In this document: in pieces, positions 20,000 to 30,009 of the stretch
Position numbering within the stretch: position 1 is the first letter of the stretch
How the letters are laid out: every line of letters begins with the position of its first letter
Source: Paracoccaceae bacterium
Lineage (GTDB): Bacteria > Pseudomonadota > Alphaproteobacteria > Rhodobacterales > Rhodobacteraceae
Direction: 5' to 3'
NCBI GenBank assembly: GCA_014623385.1
Contig: JACOMT010000016.1
Coordinates: 1-40,361, forward strand
Length of the DNA stretch: 40,361 nt
Program-made: the position numbers and the translations under genes
Notes under the pieces: model-generated
What the model saw: only the letters and a program-made list of their open reading frames with translations
What the model was told of the DNA's origin: nothing
Database searches by the model: none

Positions 20000-21280
20000 T
20001 TGGCACTGGAACATTACGACATTCCTCTGTCTGTTGTGGTTTTGGCAGGTCTGATTTTAATCATTGGTCAGATAATCTGTTTGCGCGCCATGGTCTGGTC
20101 GATTGGCGAGTTCCGGCATGATTGCTATGGATTCTACATGACTTTGAAATGTTGTCCCCGGACGACCGCAACCTGAACATCTGGCTGGGGATTGTTGTGC
20201 TAGCAGTCCTGTTGGGCATCGGGCCGAATTGGGGCCATGTGTGCCGCGCGCTGTCGGACCGGTCGGATATAGACGAAGTGGACGAATGATCCGGTGCCAG
20301 GCGAACCGGCTGACCATGCGGCGTTTATAGACAGGCAGCGCACCAGGCGGTGGTCACATCTCGCACCTCGCCCGACTCCATCAAACCGTCACCGATCAAC
20401 AGATTTTCCACCGCGGCGGCCCAAATCGCCGCCATTGAGCGATTTCGTCAGCCCCTGTTTCTTTAACTCCAATGAAAAGACGCCCACCCATTCAGCCCAG
20501 TCCCGTTCAATTGCGACTATTACAACAAAACCTTGGCACATAACTTGGCACATAAAGGGTAAACCGAATGCGGGCGCGCACCAGTCGGTTACGCGGGGTG
20601 TAGATAGTATTATTGCCAGAGGTCCAAAACAACCTCACCCACCGGTCCCGTATCTAACCCCCACAGATTCTTCCCAGAAAAATGCCATCGCATACAACGG
20701 CTCTGGCGTTTTCTCAAACCATGCACTCTTTCGGGCAGGCACATGCGTGCTGTGATATAGCGTAAGACAGTATTTTGTTGCACTCTGGGTATATTGTGGC
20801 AGGCTGCTATGCTCGCCGGGAACAAAGGCATTACCCGCACGCCTCCGCCGCGCGCAGGCAGGCATCGGCCAGCGGATGAGCCGCTTCTGCGCCCCCCTCC
20901 GGTCATCTGTGGGCAGTGCACTCTGTGCCGCTAAAAGATTCGCAGGACCGGCCAGCCATTTTTACGTAATATTCGAATCGGGCATAATACCTGGATACCA
21001 GATATTCCTGTGCATGGCGCAACGTATTATGCTGTATTGTCTGAAAATACTCTCGCGGACAATCTCTGGACCACCAAAACGGCCCTCATGCCGTGTATTC
21101 GGGTCATTTGGCAGGCTCCCAAAACAATCTCCTGTGCCAAGCATGCTGTCACGCATGGCAAGCTGGGCCAGATCATTCTCACCCGGTCCGTCGGTACCCG
21201 CAGGACGTTGCGACAGAATCAGATACCGCACCCGGATACTGGAATCACAAACACGAATGCGCTTTGCCTTGTTCATCTAC
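20000..21280 (-). pseudogene. Lytic murein transglycosylase (MltB-like) pseudogene, approximate bounds
   Basis: Minus-strand fragments in shifting frames. ..EPLYAMAFFWEESVGVRYGTGG resembles I.AIWG.ES.FG...G. ..ELKKQGLTKSL.. follows. ..RFDGVGRGARCDH.. resembles DFDGDGRRDIW. ..SINAAWSAGSPGTG.. resembles ASIANYL...GW..G. Confidence 0.45.
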
Positions 21281-21830
21281 ACCCCAAACTCGGCCAGAGC
21301 GGCGCGCGGTTCGCACAGGTCGTAGTCGCGATAGGAATCGATTTTATACCAATCCCGGCGAGATTCCGAACAGCGGCCGGAGCTGACAATTGCACAAGGT
21401 GCAAACGGCCATACCATAATACAATAATTATACGCGGCTGCAGTGTGTTCGACGATCACCACATATTCGCTTTATCGCCCATAAAATCCAATCTCTTGCA
21501 GCAACGGCCTGGAATTGAACAATAGCACCGATTTAAACACGGGCTTGGACGAGGCACGCAGCACCATCATTGCTCCGTTGTTCGGCCCGATCTCGTTTGT
21601 ATAAGATGTCAATAACCACATCTAAGCTGTATGGATGAATCAATCCTTTCCAGTACCTTGACATGCAGCCCCGGAGCCGGTGGCAAATGGTTGTGCAAGT
21701 GGTCAGGAGCGTCATGGGGCATGGTGCGACAACGCCTCTGTCCACCTATAACGATCCTCCTCCCTTGCCCCCTTATCGAAACTCGCTTATTTGGTGCCCA
21801 TTGCACGTCAGCCTATTGCGAAGGTCGCGA

Positions 21831-22211
21831 ATGGAAAATGTTATCCTGATAATCCACCTTTTTTTGGCCCTTGGCCTGATCGCCGTCGTTCTAATGCAGC
21901 GGTCCGAGGGAGGCGGATTGGGCATGGGGTCCGGTGGCGGTGGCGCAAGCGGCGCGATGACCGGCCGCGGTACGGCGTCCGCGCTCAGCAAATTGACCTG
22001 GGTTCTCGCCCTTGGCTTTATCTGTACTTCGATTGCCCTGACGATCATCGCTGCTCAAAACGCCTCGGGCAGTTCAGTGCTTGACCGGCTCGGCATTCTG
22101 TCACCGACAACCGAAGAGGCGAACCCAAAGGAACCCGCGACACCGTTAGGCTCTGACCTGTTGCCGCCATTGCTGGACGAAACTGCACCATTGGTTCCAC
22201 GAGCAGAGTGA
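21831..22211 (+). CDS. secG: Preprotein translocase subunit SecG
   Basis: MENVILIIHLFLALGLIAVVLMQRSEGGGLGMGSGGG... lies inside ORF 21663..22211. Start chosen at ATG 21831. Confidence 0.88.
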   Translation: MENVILIIHLFLALGLIAVVLMQRSEGGGLGMGSGGGGASGAMTGRGTASALSKLTWVLALGFICTSIALTIIAAQNASGSSVLDRLGILSPTTEEANPKEPATPLGSDLLPPLLDETAPLVPRAE

Positions 22212-22234
22212 TAACCAGAATTTGAAACCCTGGT

Positions 22235-22275
22235 AAGAGCCGCAACAGCATCTTGCGGTTCTCTTGTACTTTTGT
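22235..22275 (+). terminator. Putative rho-independent terminator after secG
   Basis: Stem aagagccgcaa / ttgcggttctctt (one G-U and one bulge) with a 7 nt loop, followed by gtacttttgtg. Confidence 0.5.
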
Positions 22276-22384
22276 GCAAATCCCATAAGAATCAAGCCCC
22301 GTAAATGTTGCGGTTTTTTTGGATCGGTTTGGATAAACAAGCAGCGATCATTTCGCGTTGGAAATGCACGGGAGCAACTGGGTC

Positions 22385-24028
22385 ATGGCTCGATTTATTT
22401 TTATCACCGGTGGTGTCGTATCATCTTTGGGAAAGGGTCTTGCATCTGCCGCGTTAGGGGCTTTGCTGCAGGCGCGTGGCTATTCGGTTCGGCTGCGAAA
22501 ACTGGACCCTTATTTGAACGTCGATCCCGGTACCATGTCCCCGTTGGAACACGGCGAGGTGTTTGTAACCGATGATGGCGCGGAAACCGATCAGGACCTG
22601 GGCCACTACGAACGATTTACCGGTGTGGCCGCACGGAAAACGGATTCCATCAGCTCCGGGCGTATTTATTCCAATGTTCTAAAAAAGGAACGCCGGGGTG
22701 ATTACCTAGGCAAAACGATCCAGGTGATCCCACATGTCACCAATGAAATCAAAGACTTCATCAAAATTGGCGAGGATGAGGTAGATTTCATGCTATGCGA
22801 GATTGGCGGCACGGTCGGCGACATCGAGGGGCTGCCCTTTTTCGAAGCCATCCGCCAATTCAGTCAGGACAAGCCGCGCGGTCAGTGTATTTTCATGCAC
22901 CTCACGCTTTTGCCGTTCATCAAAGCCAGCGGTGAGCTGAAAACCAAACCAACCCAACACAGCGTCAAAGAATTGCGCTCTATCGGTATCGCCCCCGATA
23001 TTCTAGTCTGCCGCTCCCAAGGTCCGATCCCACAGAAGGAACGCGAGAAGCTGGCCCTCTTTTGCAATGTGCGTCCTGAGGCTGTGATTGCAGCACAGGA
23101 CCTGAAATCGATCTATGAGGCACCGCTGGTCTATCACCGCGAAGGTTTGGATCAGGCCGTGCTGTATGCTTTCCGGATCAGCTCGGCACCCTGCCCCGCC
23201 CTGACCGTTTGGGAAGACGTGGCTGACCGCATTTATAACCCCGAAGGGGAAGTGAATGTCGCCCTTGTCGGCAAATATACCCAGTTGGAAGATTCGTATA
23301 AATCGATTACCGAAGCACTGAACCATGGTGGCATCGCCAACCGCGTCCGCGTGAATATCGATTGGGTTGATGCTGAGCTTTTTGAAAGCGAGGATCCAGC
23401 ACCGCATCTGGAAGGGTGCCACGCGATCCTGGTGCCCGGCGGTTTTGGCGAACGCGGCACCGAAGGCAAGATCAAGGCGGCCGAATTCGCCCGCACACGC
23501 AACATCCCATACTTGGGTATTTGTCTTGGTATGCAGACGGCGGTGATCGAGACCGCGCGCAACGTCGCGGGCTTTGCAATGGCTGGCTCCGAAGAATTCA
23601 ACCATGAAGCAGGAAAAAAACGTTTTGAAACAGTTGTTTACCATTTAAAGGAATGGGTCCAGGGTAATCACAAGGTTGAACACAAGGCTGACGACGATAA
23701 GGGTGGCACCATGCGTCTGGGTGCCTATGACGCGGTGCTGATGGCAGGGTCTCGGGTGGCAGAGGTTTATTGCAACACAGCCATCAAGGAGCGCCACCGC
23801 CACCGGTACGAAGTCGACATCAAATACCGCGACAAGTTGGAAGATGGTGGCTTAAAATTCACAGGTATGAGTCCCGATGGACGGCTGCCGGAAATCGTGG
23901 AACGGGCGGACCACCCGTGGTTCATTGGGGTACAGTTCCATCCGGAGTTTAAGTCAAGACCTTTTGAACCCCATCCTCTATTCAAGGATTTCGTGCGCAC
24001 GGCAAAGGATATGTCCCGTTTAGTCTAG
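22385..24028 (+). CDS. pyrG: CTP synthase
   Basis: [19 protein letters not shown]-terminus (ATG 22385 within ORF 22358..24028). The glutamine amidotransferase half carries GICLGMQ and HRHRYEV motifs. Confidence 0.96.
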   Translation: MARFIFITGGVVSSLGKGLASAALGALLQARGYSVRLRKLDPYLNVDPGTMSPLEHGEVFVTDDGAETDQDLGHYERFTGVAARKTDSISSGRIYSNVLKKERRGDYLGKTIQVIPHVTNEIKDFIKIGEDEVDFMLCEIGGTVGDIEGLPFFEAIRQFSQDKPRGQCIFMHLTLLPFIKASGELKTKPTQHSVKELRSIGIAPDILVCRSQGPIPQKEREKLALFCNVRPEAVIAAQDLKSIYEAPLVYHREGLDQAVLYAFRISSAPCPALTVWEDVADRIYNPEGEVNVALVGKYTQLEDSYKSITEALNHGGIANRVRVNIDWVDAELFESEDPAPHLEGCHAILVPGGFGERGTEGKIKAAEFARTRNIPYLGICLGMQTAVIETARNVAGFAMAGSEEFNHEAGKKRFETVVYHLKEWVQGNHKVEHKADDDKGGTMRLGAYDAVLMAGSRVAEVYCNTAIKERHRHRYEVDIKYRDKLEDGGLKFTGMSPDGRLPEIVERADHPWFIGVQFHPEFKSRPFEPHPLFKDFVRTAKDMSRLV

Positions 24029-24160
24029 AATAAAACACATTGCAGCCCCCCACATGGGCAGTGCGCACTTCACTGCGAAAATGATCCAAGCCGTAGGAAA
24101 TCGGGTACCAAAGCTGCTTCGTTTTGGAGAAGCATTCGTAACAGTATTTACATATCTAAA

Positions 24161-25551
24161 GACCCCTGCATAATTTAGAGGATTGCGGACAAACCATCAG
24201 CCCGGTATGTTCTCGGGAGGCCATCAGGGGTGGCCTGATGCACCTGTTTTTGCGCGGTTCGCGTTGAACGCGGTTCGGATCGGTGCAGACGACGTTCTGA
24301 CCGGAGATTGACGCCGGTGTTCGCCGACGCGCAAGCGCGGGGTGGGACACTGCGGGATCGGGCCTCAGGGTCGTGATCCGTCTGGTCCGCTTCACGTGTC
24401 TGCCGATCAGGCAGTGGTACCCCGAAGCTGGAGCGCACACCCTCAACTGCGGTTAACTGCGGTTGGATTTCATGCTGTTTTGCGGTCTCGACCTCTTTGC
24501 GCCTGTGCCCGATGCGACGACCCATTGCCGTTTTCGCAACTCACGATGATCTTCTGGCCGGGGGTTGCCGTGCTCCGCAAAACCGGACCGAAGAGCAGGC
24601 CCCGACGATCCGCCCGACAATCCAGGCGTGCATTTCAGTGCCGACACGCAAGCGCGATGGGTCAGGAAAAGCCCGAAGCGTATGCCGGGCGACAAGATGA
24701 CATCCAACGGTCTAGCTCGCCCGGACGTGGCCCGGACGAGGAAGGCTTCATCGACAAGGTCCACACGGTAAGGTCCACACGGGCACCTGCGAAACACCAC
24801 ACCTGCGAACTGGGCTAGGAGCCCCGCGCTTGATCCCATGATCGAAAGGGCGAATGCGCTTACGGGTGGCAGGTTCAGGGAGTTCAGGGTGGTGACGATC
24901 AAGGCCGAGACCCGCGCCGCCTTTGCCAGCGTGCTCATATCCACTTACGCAGGCTCCGATTTCAACGACCTCTGCATAAGTGGCGGATTGCGGACAAACC
25001 AGACAGCGGCGATCAAGGTCCAAAGGGTACCTGCGAACCGGGCCAGGAGCCCCCGGGTTTGATACCATGGTCAAAGAGGCGAACGCGCGGACGGGTATTG
25101 GCCCGAAAAGACCTGTGCCAGCAAGGCAAACCGGGACGGGCCTGCGCGGTCGCCACCGTGACGGGATCATGCGAACGACCGCCCGTCATTGGCCCCTGCG
25201 GGCTTTGGAACAACGCGGGGGCGGCTGATCTGCAAACGCCGCTTGAGGGATTGCGCAATGCCTATGCCACGATGGCACACCGCCCGATAGTTCGGGCCAG
25301 CCAAAACAATAGGCTCAACTGGCGCTGGCGGCAATCAGGCAGAACCTGCCCCGCAAACAGCGGCAATCGCATAACCAGATCACCAAAATCGCTTTGCCCG
25401 CTGTAAGAACAAGTAAGGCCAGCAGACCGGACAGAATGGCCAAATCAAAGCGTTCGCCGAACATCACGCGTTCACGTAGAGGTCTTAGTAAACCTTTGCT
25501 GGGATTTGCGCGACAAAACGGACCACAACCACCACCCTCAACTTGAACGTT
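24161..25551 (+). mobile_element. Mosaic of dead IS fragments
   Basis: Order is: IS-Y terminal stub (24161-24218), IS-B 5' part (24219-~24868), IS-Y 3' fragment (~24869-25001), IS-B 3' part (~25002-25551). This is homologous to the reverse complement of 36855-37956 and of 1-308. IS5-like fragments include ..DDPLPFSQLTMIFWPG.. and ..GRVLARKDLCQQGKPGRA.. (compare VLADKAY.SKANRDAL). The module GGATTGCGGACAAACC occurs twice (24181-24196, 24985-25000). About 70 bp of IS-B is present in two diverged versions on either side of the inner IS-Y fragment. Confidence 0.65.
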
Positions 25552-25599
25552 AGAGAATTGATGCGTCAATCTATTCAATCTATCAAGTCTAGTGTACGC

Positions 25600-25900
25600 C
25601 CACGATGAGCATATACTCACCGCTCCCGATTGTCTTTATCAATTTCTGTTCCCTTAGACTCGGCTCAATGTTACGCTGCAGGCGGCTGACCATATTGTCA
25701 GCGCACAGCTCAAACGCGCCGACTTCGCGGCCTCGCGACATGGTTCGGTAAAACCCCACAGCTTAGAAAAGCTGTGCGTGCGGTGCAGCATTTCCAGCAA
25801 ATTGCCCAAAATCAGGTTGTTGACCACCGCAGTTTCCTCGTTAGTTGATAATTTTTCCGCTTACCATTGCGTATGGGTGCCATCGCACCCGCGTCGGCCG
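25600..25900 (-). pseudogene. OmpR-type response regulator fragment (winged-helix DNA-binding domain only, frameshifted)
   Basis: The minus strand reads ..KLSTNEETAVVNNLILGNLLEMLHRTHSFSKLWG, then shifts frame to ..SRGREVGAFELCADNMVSRLQRNIEPS...KLIKTIGSGEYML (compare L...VWG......R.VDV.I.RLR.KI.....I.TVRG.GY). There is no room for a receiver domain before the kinase gene at 25907. Confidence 0.45.
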
Positions 25901-25906
25901 CAAACC

Positions 25907-26833
25907 CTATACCTCGTCAGCCCACGGTGGGTTTGCTCCGGCCCGCGTCACCGTGACCGCTGCAACGCGCGCACCATAGCGCAATGCATCGGTGAGGATC
26001 ACCGGATCCAGAGACCGCAAGGCGGTTTTCGTTAGGCACCCATGTTCCGAGAGCTTCGCCAATACGCCCGCGTTGAACGTGTCCCCAGCCCCAACGGTGT
26101 CCAAGACAGTCATTTTCTGGGCCGCCACCATCACGCTGTCGCCATCCGCGCGATAGGCGGTGGCACCTTCACTGCCACGGGTCAGGATAACCAGAGCCGG
26201 ACCCGCCGCCAGGACACGCTCAATCTTGTCCTGCATCGACACGGGATCTGGGACCAGCCAGTCCAGATCTTCATCCGACACTTTCACAATATCCGCACGG
26301 CCAAGCATATCATCCATTCGGGCACGAAATGCGGCGATGTCGCGAATAAAGCCGGGCCGGATATTGGGGTCAATCATCACCGCACGGTTTGCCCCTTCCC
26401 GCCGCAAAAGATCGGCGTAGGTATCCGCTGCCGGTTCACAGGTCAGGCTGATGCCCCCGAAATACAAAGCAGACACTGCATCAGACACCGTCGGCAATTC
26501 AGAGGGGGCCAACATCCGTCCCGCAGAATTTTCATCGTAAAATTCATAAGTTGCATGACCGTCATTCAGTTGCACAAAGGCCAGCGTTGTAGGTCGGTCT
26601 GAATGCACCACATGCGACACATCCACATCGCTGGCCTGTAACGCCACAGTCAGTTTCTGACCAAAGAAATCCGTGGACAGACCTGTCAGCATCCCGGTCC
26701 GGACCCCGAGACGGCCCAATGCAATTGCGGTATTAAAGATCGCACCACCCACATGCGGCACAAAACCGTCCGGGCCGTCGACGGTCGGTACCGGGATCAT
26801 ATCTATCAGTGCTTCACCAGAACACAGAATCAT
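25907..26833 (-). CDS. PfkB-family carbohydrate kinase (fructokinase-like)
   Basis: Intact 308 aa ORF with MILCSGEALIDMIP....GGA.FNTAIALGRLG and the ..DTVGAGDTFNAG.. ATP-site motif. Confidence 0.85.
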   Translation of the reverse strand: MILCSGEALIDMIPVPTVDGPDGFVPHVGGAIFNTAIALGRLGVRTGMLTGLSTDFFGQKLTVALQASDVDVSHVVHSDRPTTLAFVQLNDGHATYEFYDENSAGRMLAPSELPTVSDAVSALYFGGISLTCEPAADTYADLLRREGANRAVMIDPNIRPGFIRDIAAFRARMDDMLGRADIVKVSDEDLDWLVPDPVSMQDKIERVLAAGPALVILTRGSEGATAYRADGDSVMVAAQKMTVLDTVGAGDTFNAGVLAKLSEHGCLTKTALRSLDPVILTDALRYGARVAAVTVTRAGANPPWADEV

Positions 26834-26848
26834 ACTTCACTGTAGAAC

Positions 26849-27004
26849 GACGGGAATAATGCTCAAGGTCGGATGGGGTCGGATTGCGGGGGACGGAGTG
26901 GATTTGAAAGAGTGACAGCTTTGTGCTCAATCAGAGGCCTGAATTGTCCAGGATGGGCCGAATTATAGGGGCGATTTATGAAGTCGAACATGGGGAAATT
27001 GGTT
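26849..27004. repeat. Copy B of the ~170 bp paralogous intergenic element
   Basis: See 10983-11155. This copy begins 16 nt upstream of the start codon of the minus-strand sugar kinase gene. Confidence 0.6.
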
Positions 27005-27927
27005 ATGCATGAGAAATGGGCAGCCAACCGTCGAACAGCACATTGGTGAAATTGATCCGGCTGCAGAAGGTGAAAATCGCTCGCGCCAATCCTTCGAGCG
27101 CTTTATGCAATCACTCTAATATCTCTTAGAATATTAATGTCACTTGGAGCTATACAATCATGCAGACCGAATCCATGTGGCCTCTGCCCCACGGTCATTA
27201 GCGCGCGTTCCAGGGAATTGAACAAGGCCACAGCGATCAGTTGCAGCGCGGAACTATCCTATCAGCTTAGCGGCATAGGACCTAACGAGGCAGCATTGTT
27301 GTTGTGTCGGGTGATCAGCGTGTTATCCAAAACCCCCGTTCTGCACCAAAGGCCGACGACCCAATATGCTGTAGATAAACCGGAAACGGCATCACCGCAT
27401 CCAGGCCCGCGACGCGGTCCTGCTGGCTGGCAGACAGGCTTTATGTCCTTGCACCGAACCGTACGCCCGTCTTCGATCTATTGACGGCGCGGTGGCAGTA
27501 TTGACGAGACCGGGGAACCTCTAAATTGGGGGGCACCCCTAAATTTGGAAGGACGTTTCTTTGAACGTCTGTCTGTAGGTGAACCACATGCAGAACAAAC
27601 CAGTGAACCAAACCTGCCTCGATCAGGTTAACAAGGCCTTTGAAATCTATCGCCAAGAAGTTGCAGAAACGGACTTGGCCCTGAATACCTAAAGAGACTT
27701 GCCTGCCCCATGCGAAACGCTTTGTCTGAACGTTTAGTCCGCTGGCTGGACGGCGACGTTGAGCCGGGTTCTAATAAACAGCGGTGAGATCAGTTGATAA
27801 CGCGCGAACCACGGGAAAGGCAGCACAATGACCGGGACATTGAGCGTCATGGAATGCGCGATTCGGGAAAGGAACACCCGCATGTTCCCCGCATGTTCCC
27901 GGCGCAATCGGTACCGGTGATGGGCGC

Positions 27928-28128
27928 ATGAGCATGGCCTTTGATCCCCTTGTCGCCGCTCGGGACATGGCACAGGCGGCGGAAGCCATCGCCGACACAA
28001 TCCGCACCGGGCAGGGTGCCCTTGCCACAAAGGCCGATCTCGACATGCTGAAAGCCGAACTGCGCCCTGAAATCAGGGAACTGCGCGGCAATATGGACAG
28101 CCGGTTTGCGGAACCACGCCATGAATAG
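27928..28128 (+). CDS. Short coiled-coil protein, DUF1640-like, probably C-terminally truncated
   Basis: MSMAFDPLVAARDMAQAAEAIADTIRTGQGALATKADLDMLKAELRPEIRELRGNMDSRFAE. The ..LATK.DL..L..EL...I..L pattern matches DUF1640-type proteins, but the usual hydrophobic C-terminal segment is absent. Confidence 0.45.
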   Translation: MSMAFDPLVAARDMAQAAEAIADTIRTGQGALATKADLDMLKAELRPEIRELRGNMDSRFAEPRHE

Positions 28129-28333
28129 AGGCCACAAAGTTACCCCCAGTTGGGTAGCTATCGACACCCGCTGGCGTCCATGCGCCCCGCAGCCACGAAA
28201 TCATCAGCATCCAGCACTGGTCCACTCCACCCGATATGTTCTGCAAAATACCCATTGAACCCCGCCCAGGTTTACTTGACCGGGAGTGAGATAAGGCAGT
28301 ACTCTTCACCCCCCATAACCAAGGGAGGCCCCA

Positions 28334-28858
28334 TTGTTCAGACTCCTGATTGCTGTAATCGCGCTATTCATAGCTGGATGTACCCACAACATTGACATTG
28401 ACCGCATTGAGTTGCCAGAAGGGCCATTCGACACAAACGAAGTCGCTTGGATAAAACGACCCGGCAACAATACTGTCTCCGGGCAAGCCTTCATTCGTCA
28501 AACAGGCGGCGGGGTTGTGACATGTGCAGGCGAAGAGGTATCCCTAACTCCTGTTTCTTCTTACGCGACTCGCCGCATTCAAGCGATTTATGGAAACACC
28601 ACAAGAGGTTATAACCACTATGGTTATAACCGCACAGATTATTCAGATCCCGACGTTGATCCAAAATACTTTGAGTATCGGCTGCGATCTGTGTGTGATG
28701 CTGCAGGCAATTTTTCCTTTTCGAGGGTACCAAGCGGGGATTACTTCCTCACTACCCGTGTCTGGTGGCAAGTTGGTAACTTTACCCAGGGCGGGAATTT
28801 GATGAGACGTCTGTCCTTGTCCGGCGGGCAAGAGAAGCGCATTTTAATGTCCCCATGA
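28334..28858 (+). CDS. Putative lipoprotein with carboxypeptidase-regulatory-like fold features
   Basis: MFRLLIAVIALFIAGC has a signal peptide plus lipobox. The C-terminal ..CDAAGNFSFSRVPSGDYFLTT.. resembles CarboxypepD_reg-type beta-sandwich motifs. Intact 174 aa ORF. Confidence 0.7.
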   Translation: MFRLLIAVIALFIAGCTHNIDIDRIELPEGPFDTNEVAWIKRPGNNTVSGQAFIRQTGGGVVTCAGEEVSLTPVSSYATRRIQAIYGNTTRGYNHYGYNRTDYSDPDVDPKYFEYRLRSVCDAAGNFSFSRVPSGDYFLTTRVWWQVGNFTQGGNLMRRLSLSGGQEKRILMSP

Positions 28859-29190
28859 CCGCCCCCTCCCGCACTCGCAAGGCCCGGCCCTGCAAGGCTA
28901 CCTATCAGGACGTGATCGACGCGCCGCCGCACATGGTGGCGCAGATACTGGCCGGAGCCCTGCACACCCATCCGCACCCGGCCTTCCTCCATGCCCGCGC
29001 CAGTTCAAGCCTGAGATGCAGCTTGGAGTACCCTTTGACCATGGCGACGGCGGCCACGGCGTCCGGTGGATCATCGACGAACCGGAGCTTCATCTTGGCG
29101 ACGATGTTCTTGTTCCCGATCTGGCAGGCTGGCGGCGAGAGACCATGCCGACACCGCTTGATACTACCTTCATTCCGATTGCGCCTTTAA
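28855..29190 (+). pseudogene. Uma2-family (DUF820) endonuclease pseudogene, frameshifted and 3'-truncated
   Basis: ..KATYQDVIDAPPHMVAQILAGALHTHPHP.. shifts frame near 29010 to ..GVPFDHGDGGHGVRWIIDEPELHLGDDVLVPDLAGWRRETMP...TTFIPIAP. Homology ends abruptly where the AT-rich block begins. The start overlaps the lipoprotein stop (ATGA). Confidence 0.65.
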
Positions 29191-29699
29191 AACATAGATT
29201 TTAATTGGTTTATCTGCGTGCAGTTTTCGGCTTAACCCTTGTTTTAACTATAAATAACTCTTTGAAATCACTATATTTGCACTTGAGAAAGTGCAAGAAA
29301 AATTTCTAATTTCTAAAAAAGATAGATGCACGCATAATTTTCCTTCTTTGTGCTTATCAATTTACTAATATATCGCTACCGATATCTGGGTATCTAGGCC
29401 CTATTTTCAAATTTTTAAAGAAGCGATTCTTTCTATTTTATCATAATTGTTTTTTTCTTCGCTATTTTTGTGGAATTTTGCTAAGCTTCTTTCTTTTTTA
29501 AGTTCTCAAAATACATGCCTGAACGGCCCTATAAAAGCCGCCCATAGGCCTCAGGTAGCCAAATTCAGGTTACTCCTCTATATTCTTCTATTTTTGCTAA
29601 TATCACCCAAATCACTTTTGCCGTTTTATTGTTCACCGTCACCGGTGTTTTATTATGTTCTGCGCTTGGGAGATTTTCTTATCATCTTTAACAGCATCC

Positions 29700-30005
29700 A
29701 AGTGCGTCATCCGCACCTGTACGGTCAGAGATACCCCACCACCACTTTGACCGCAAAGCTTTGCGCCTGCTGCATTGAAACCGGATAGCCGTCGTCGAAC
29801 CACTTGCCCCTAGATGACATAGACCCCAACGTTGCAGGTCAGCAGAACAATGGGTTCATCCAACAGGTCGCACGGCCAAAACGGTGCGCCCCGATGAGTT
29901 CGCCACATACAAGCGCATGGCCGGTCAATCCATCGCGCGAGGTTCCGGTCACACGATGACCAATGGCCAATCCCGTGATTGGTACCCGGTTATCAGAATG
30001 TTCAC
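29700..30005 (-). pseudogene. Possible carbon-nitrogen hydrolase 3' fragment (frameshifted, 5'-truncated)
   Basis: Minus-strand pieces are ..VTGTSRDGLTGHALVCGELIGAHRFGR.. / ..DLLDEPIVLLTCNVGVYVI.. / ..VVRRRLSGFNAAG... These resemble the GHS.IV.P.G.V.A....E..L.A.ID...V...R..IP end of nitrilase-superfamily proteins. The upstream part is replaced by AT-rich DNA. Confidence 0.35.
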
Positions 30006-30009
30006 GAGA

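Noticed and set aside
20149-20289. 46 aa single-TM ORF (MLSPDDRNLNIWLGIVVLAVLLGIGPNWGH..)
   Set aside because: It lies within the interval where minus-strand transglycosylase debris continues and has no independent support. Not reported as a gene.
24029-24160. Rho-independent terminator after pyrG
   Set aside because: The gcagccccccacatgggcag string is not self-complementary and no stem plus T-tract could be built.
24161-24200. The module TGGAGGATTGCGGACAAACC as the 3' end of a tRNA or an integrase att site
   Set aside because: After the TGG/acceptor-like start, the following bases cannot form a T-arm (GGACA versus AGCCC are not complementary) and there is no GTTCRANYC-type loop. The module always sits at IS-fragment boundaries, so a terminal inverted repeat of an IS3-like element is the simpler reading.
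27100-27450. Further IS3-like OrfB debris (..YWVVGLWCRTGVLD.. / ..LIAVALFNSLERALMTVGQRPHGFGLH..)
   Set aside because: Only two short, low-similarity peptides support it, which is not enough for a feature call. It is mentioned as context for the paralogous element.
29447-29788. 113 aa ORF in the AT-rich block
   Set aside because: It is low-complexity (Phe/Leu/Ser-rich), as expected from AT-rich noncoding DNA, with no start context or motifs, and it runs into the C-N hydrolase debris.
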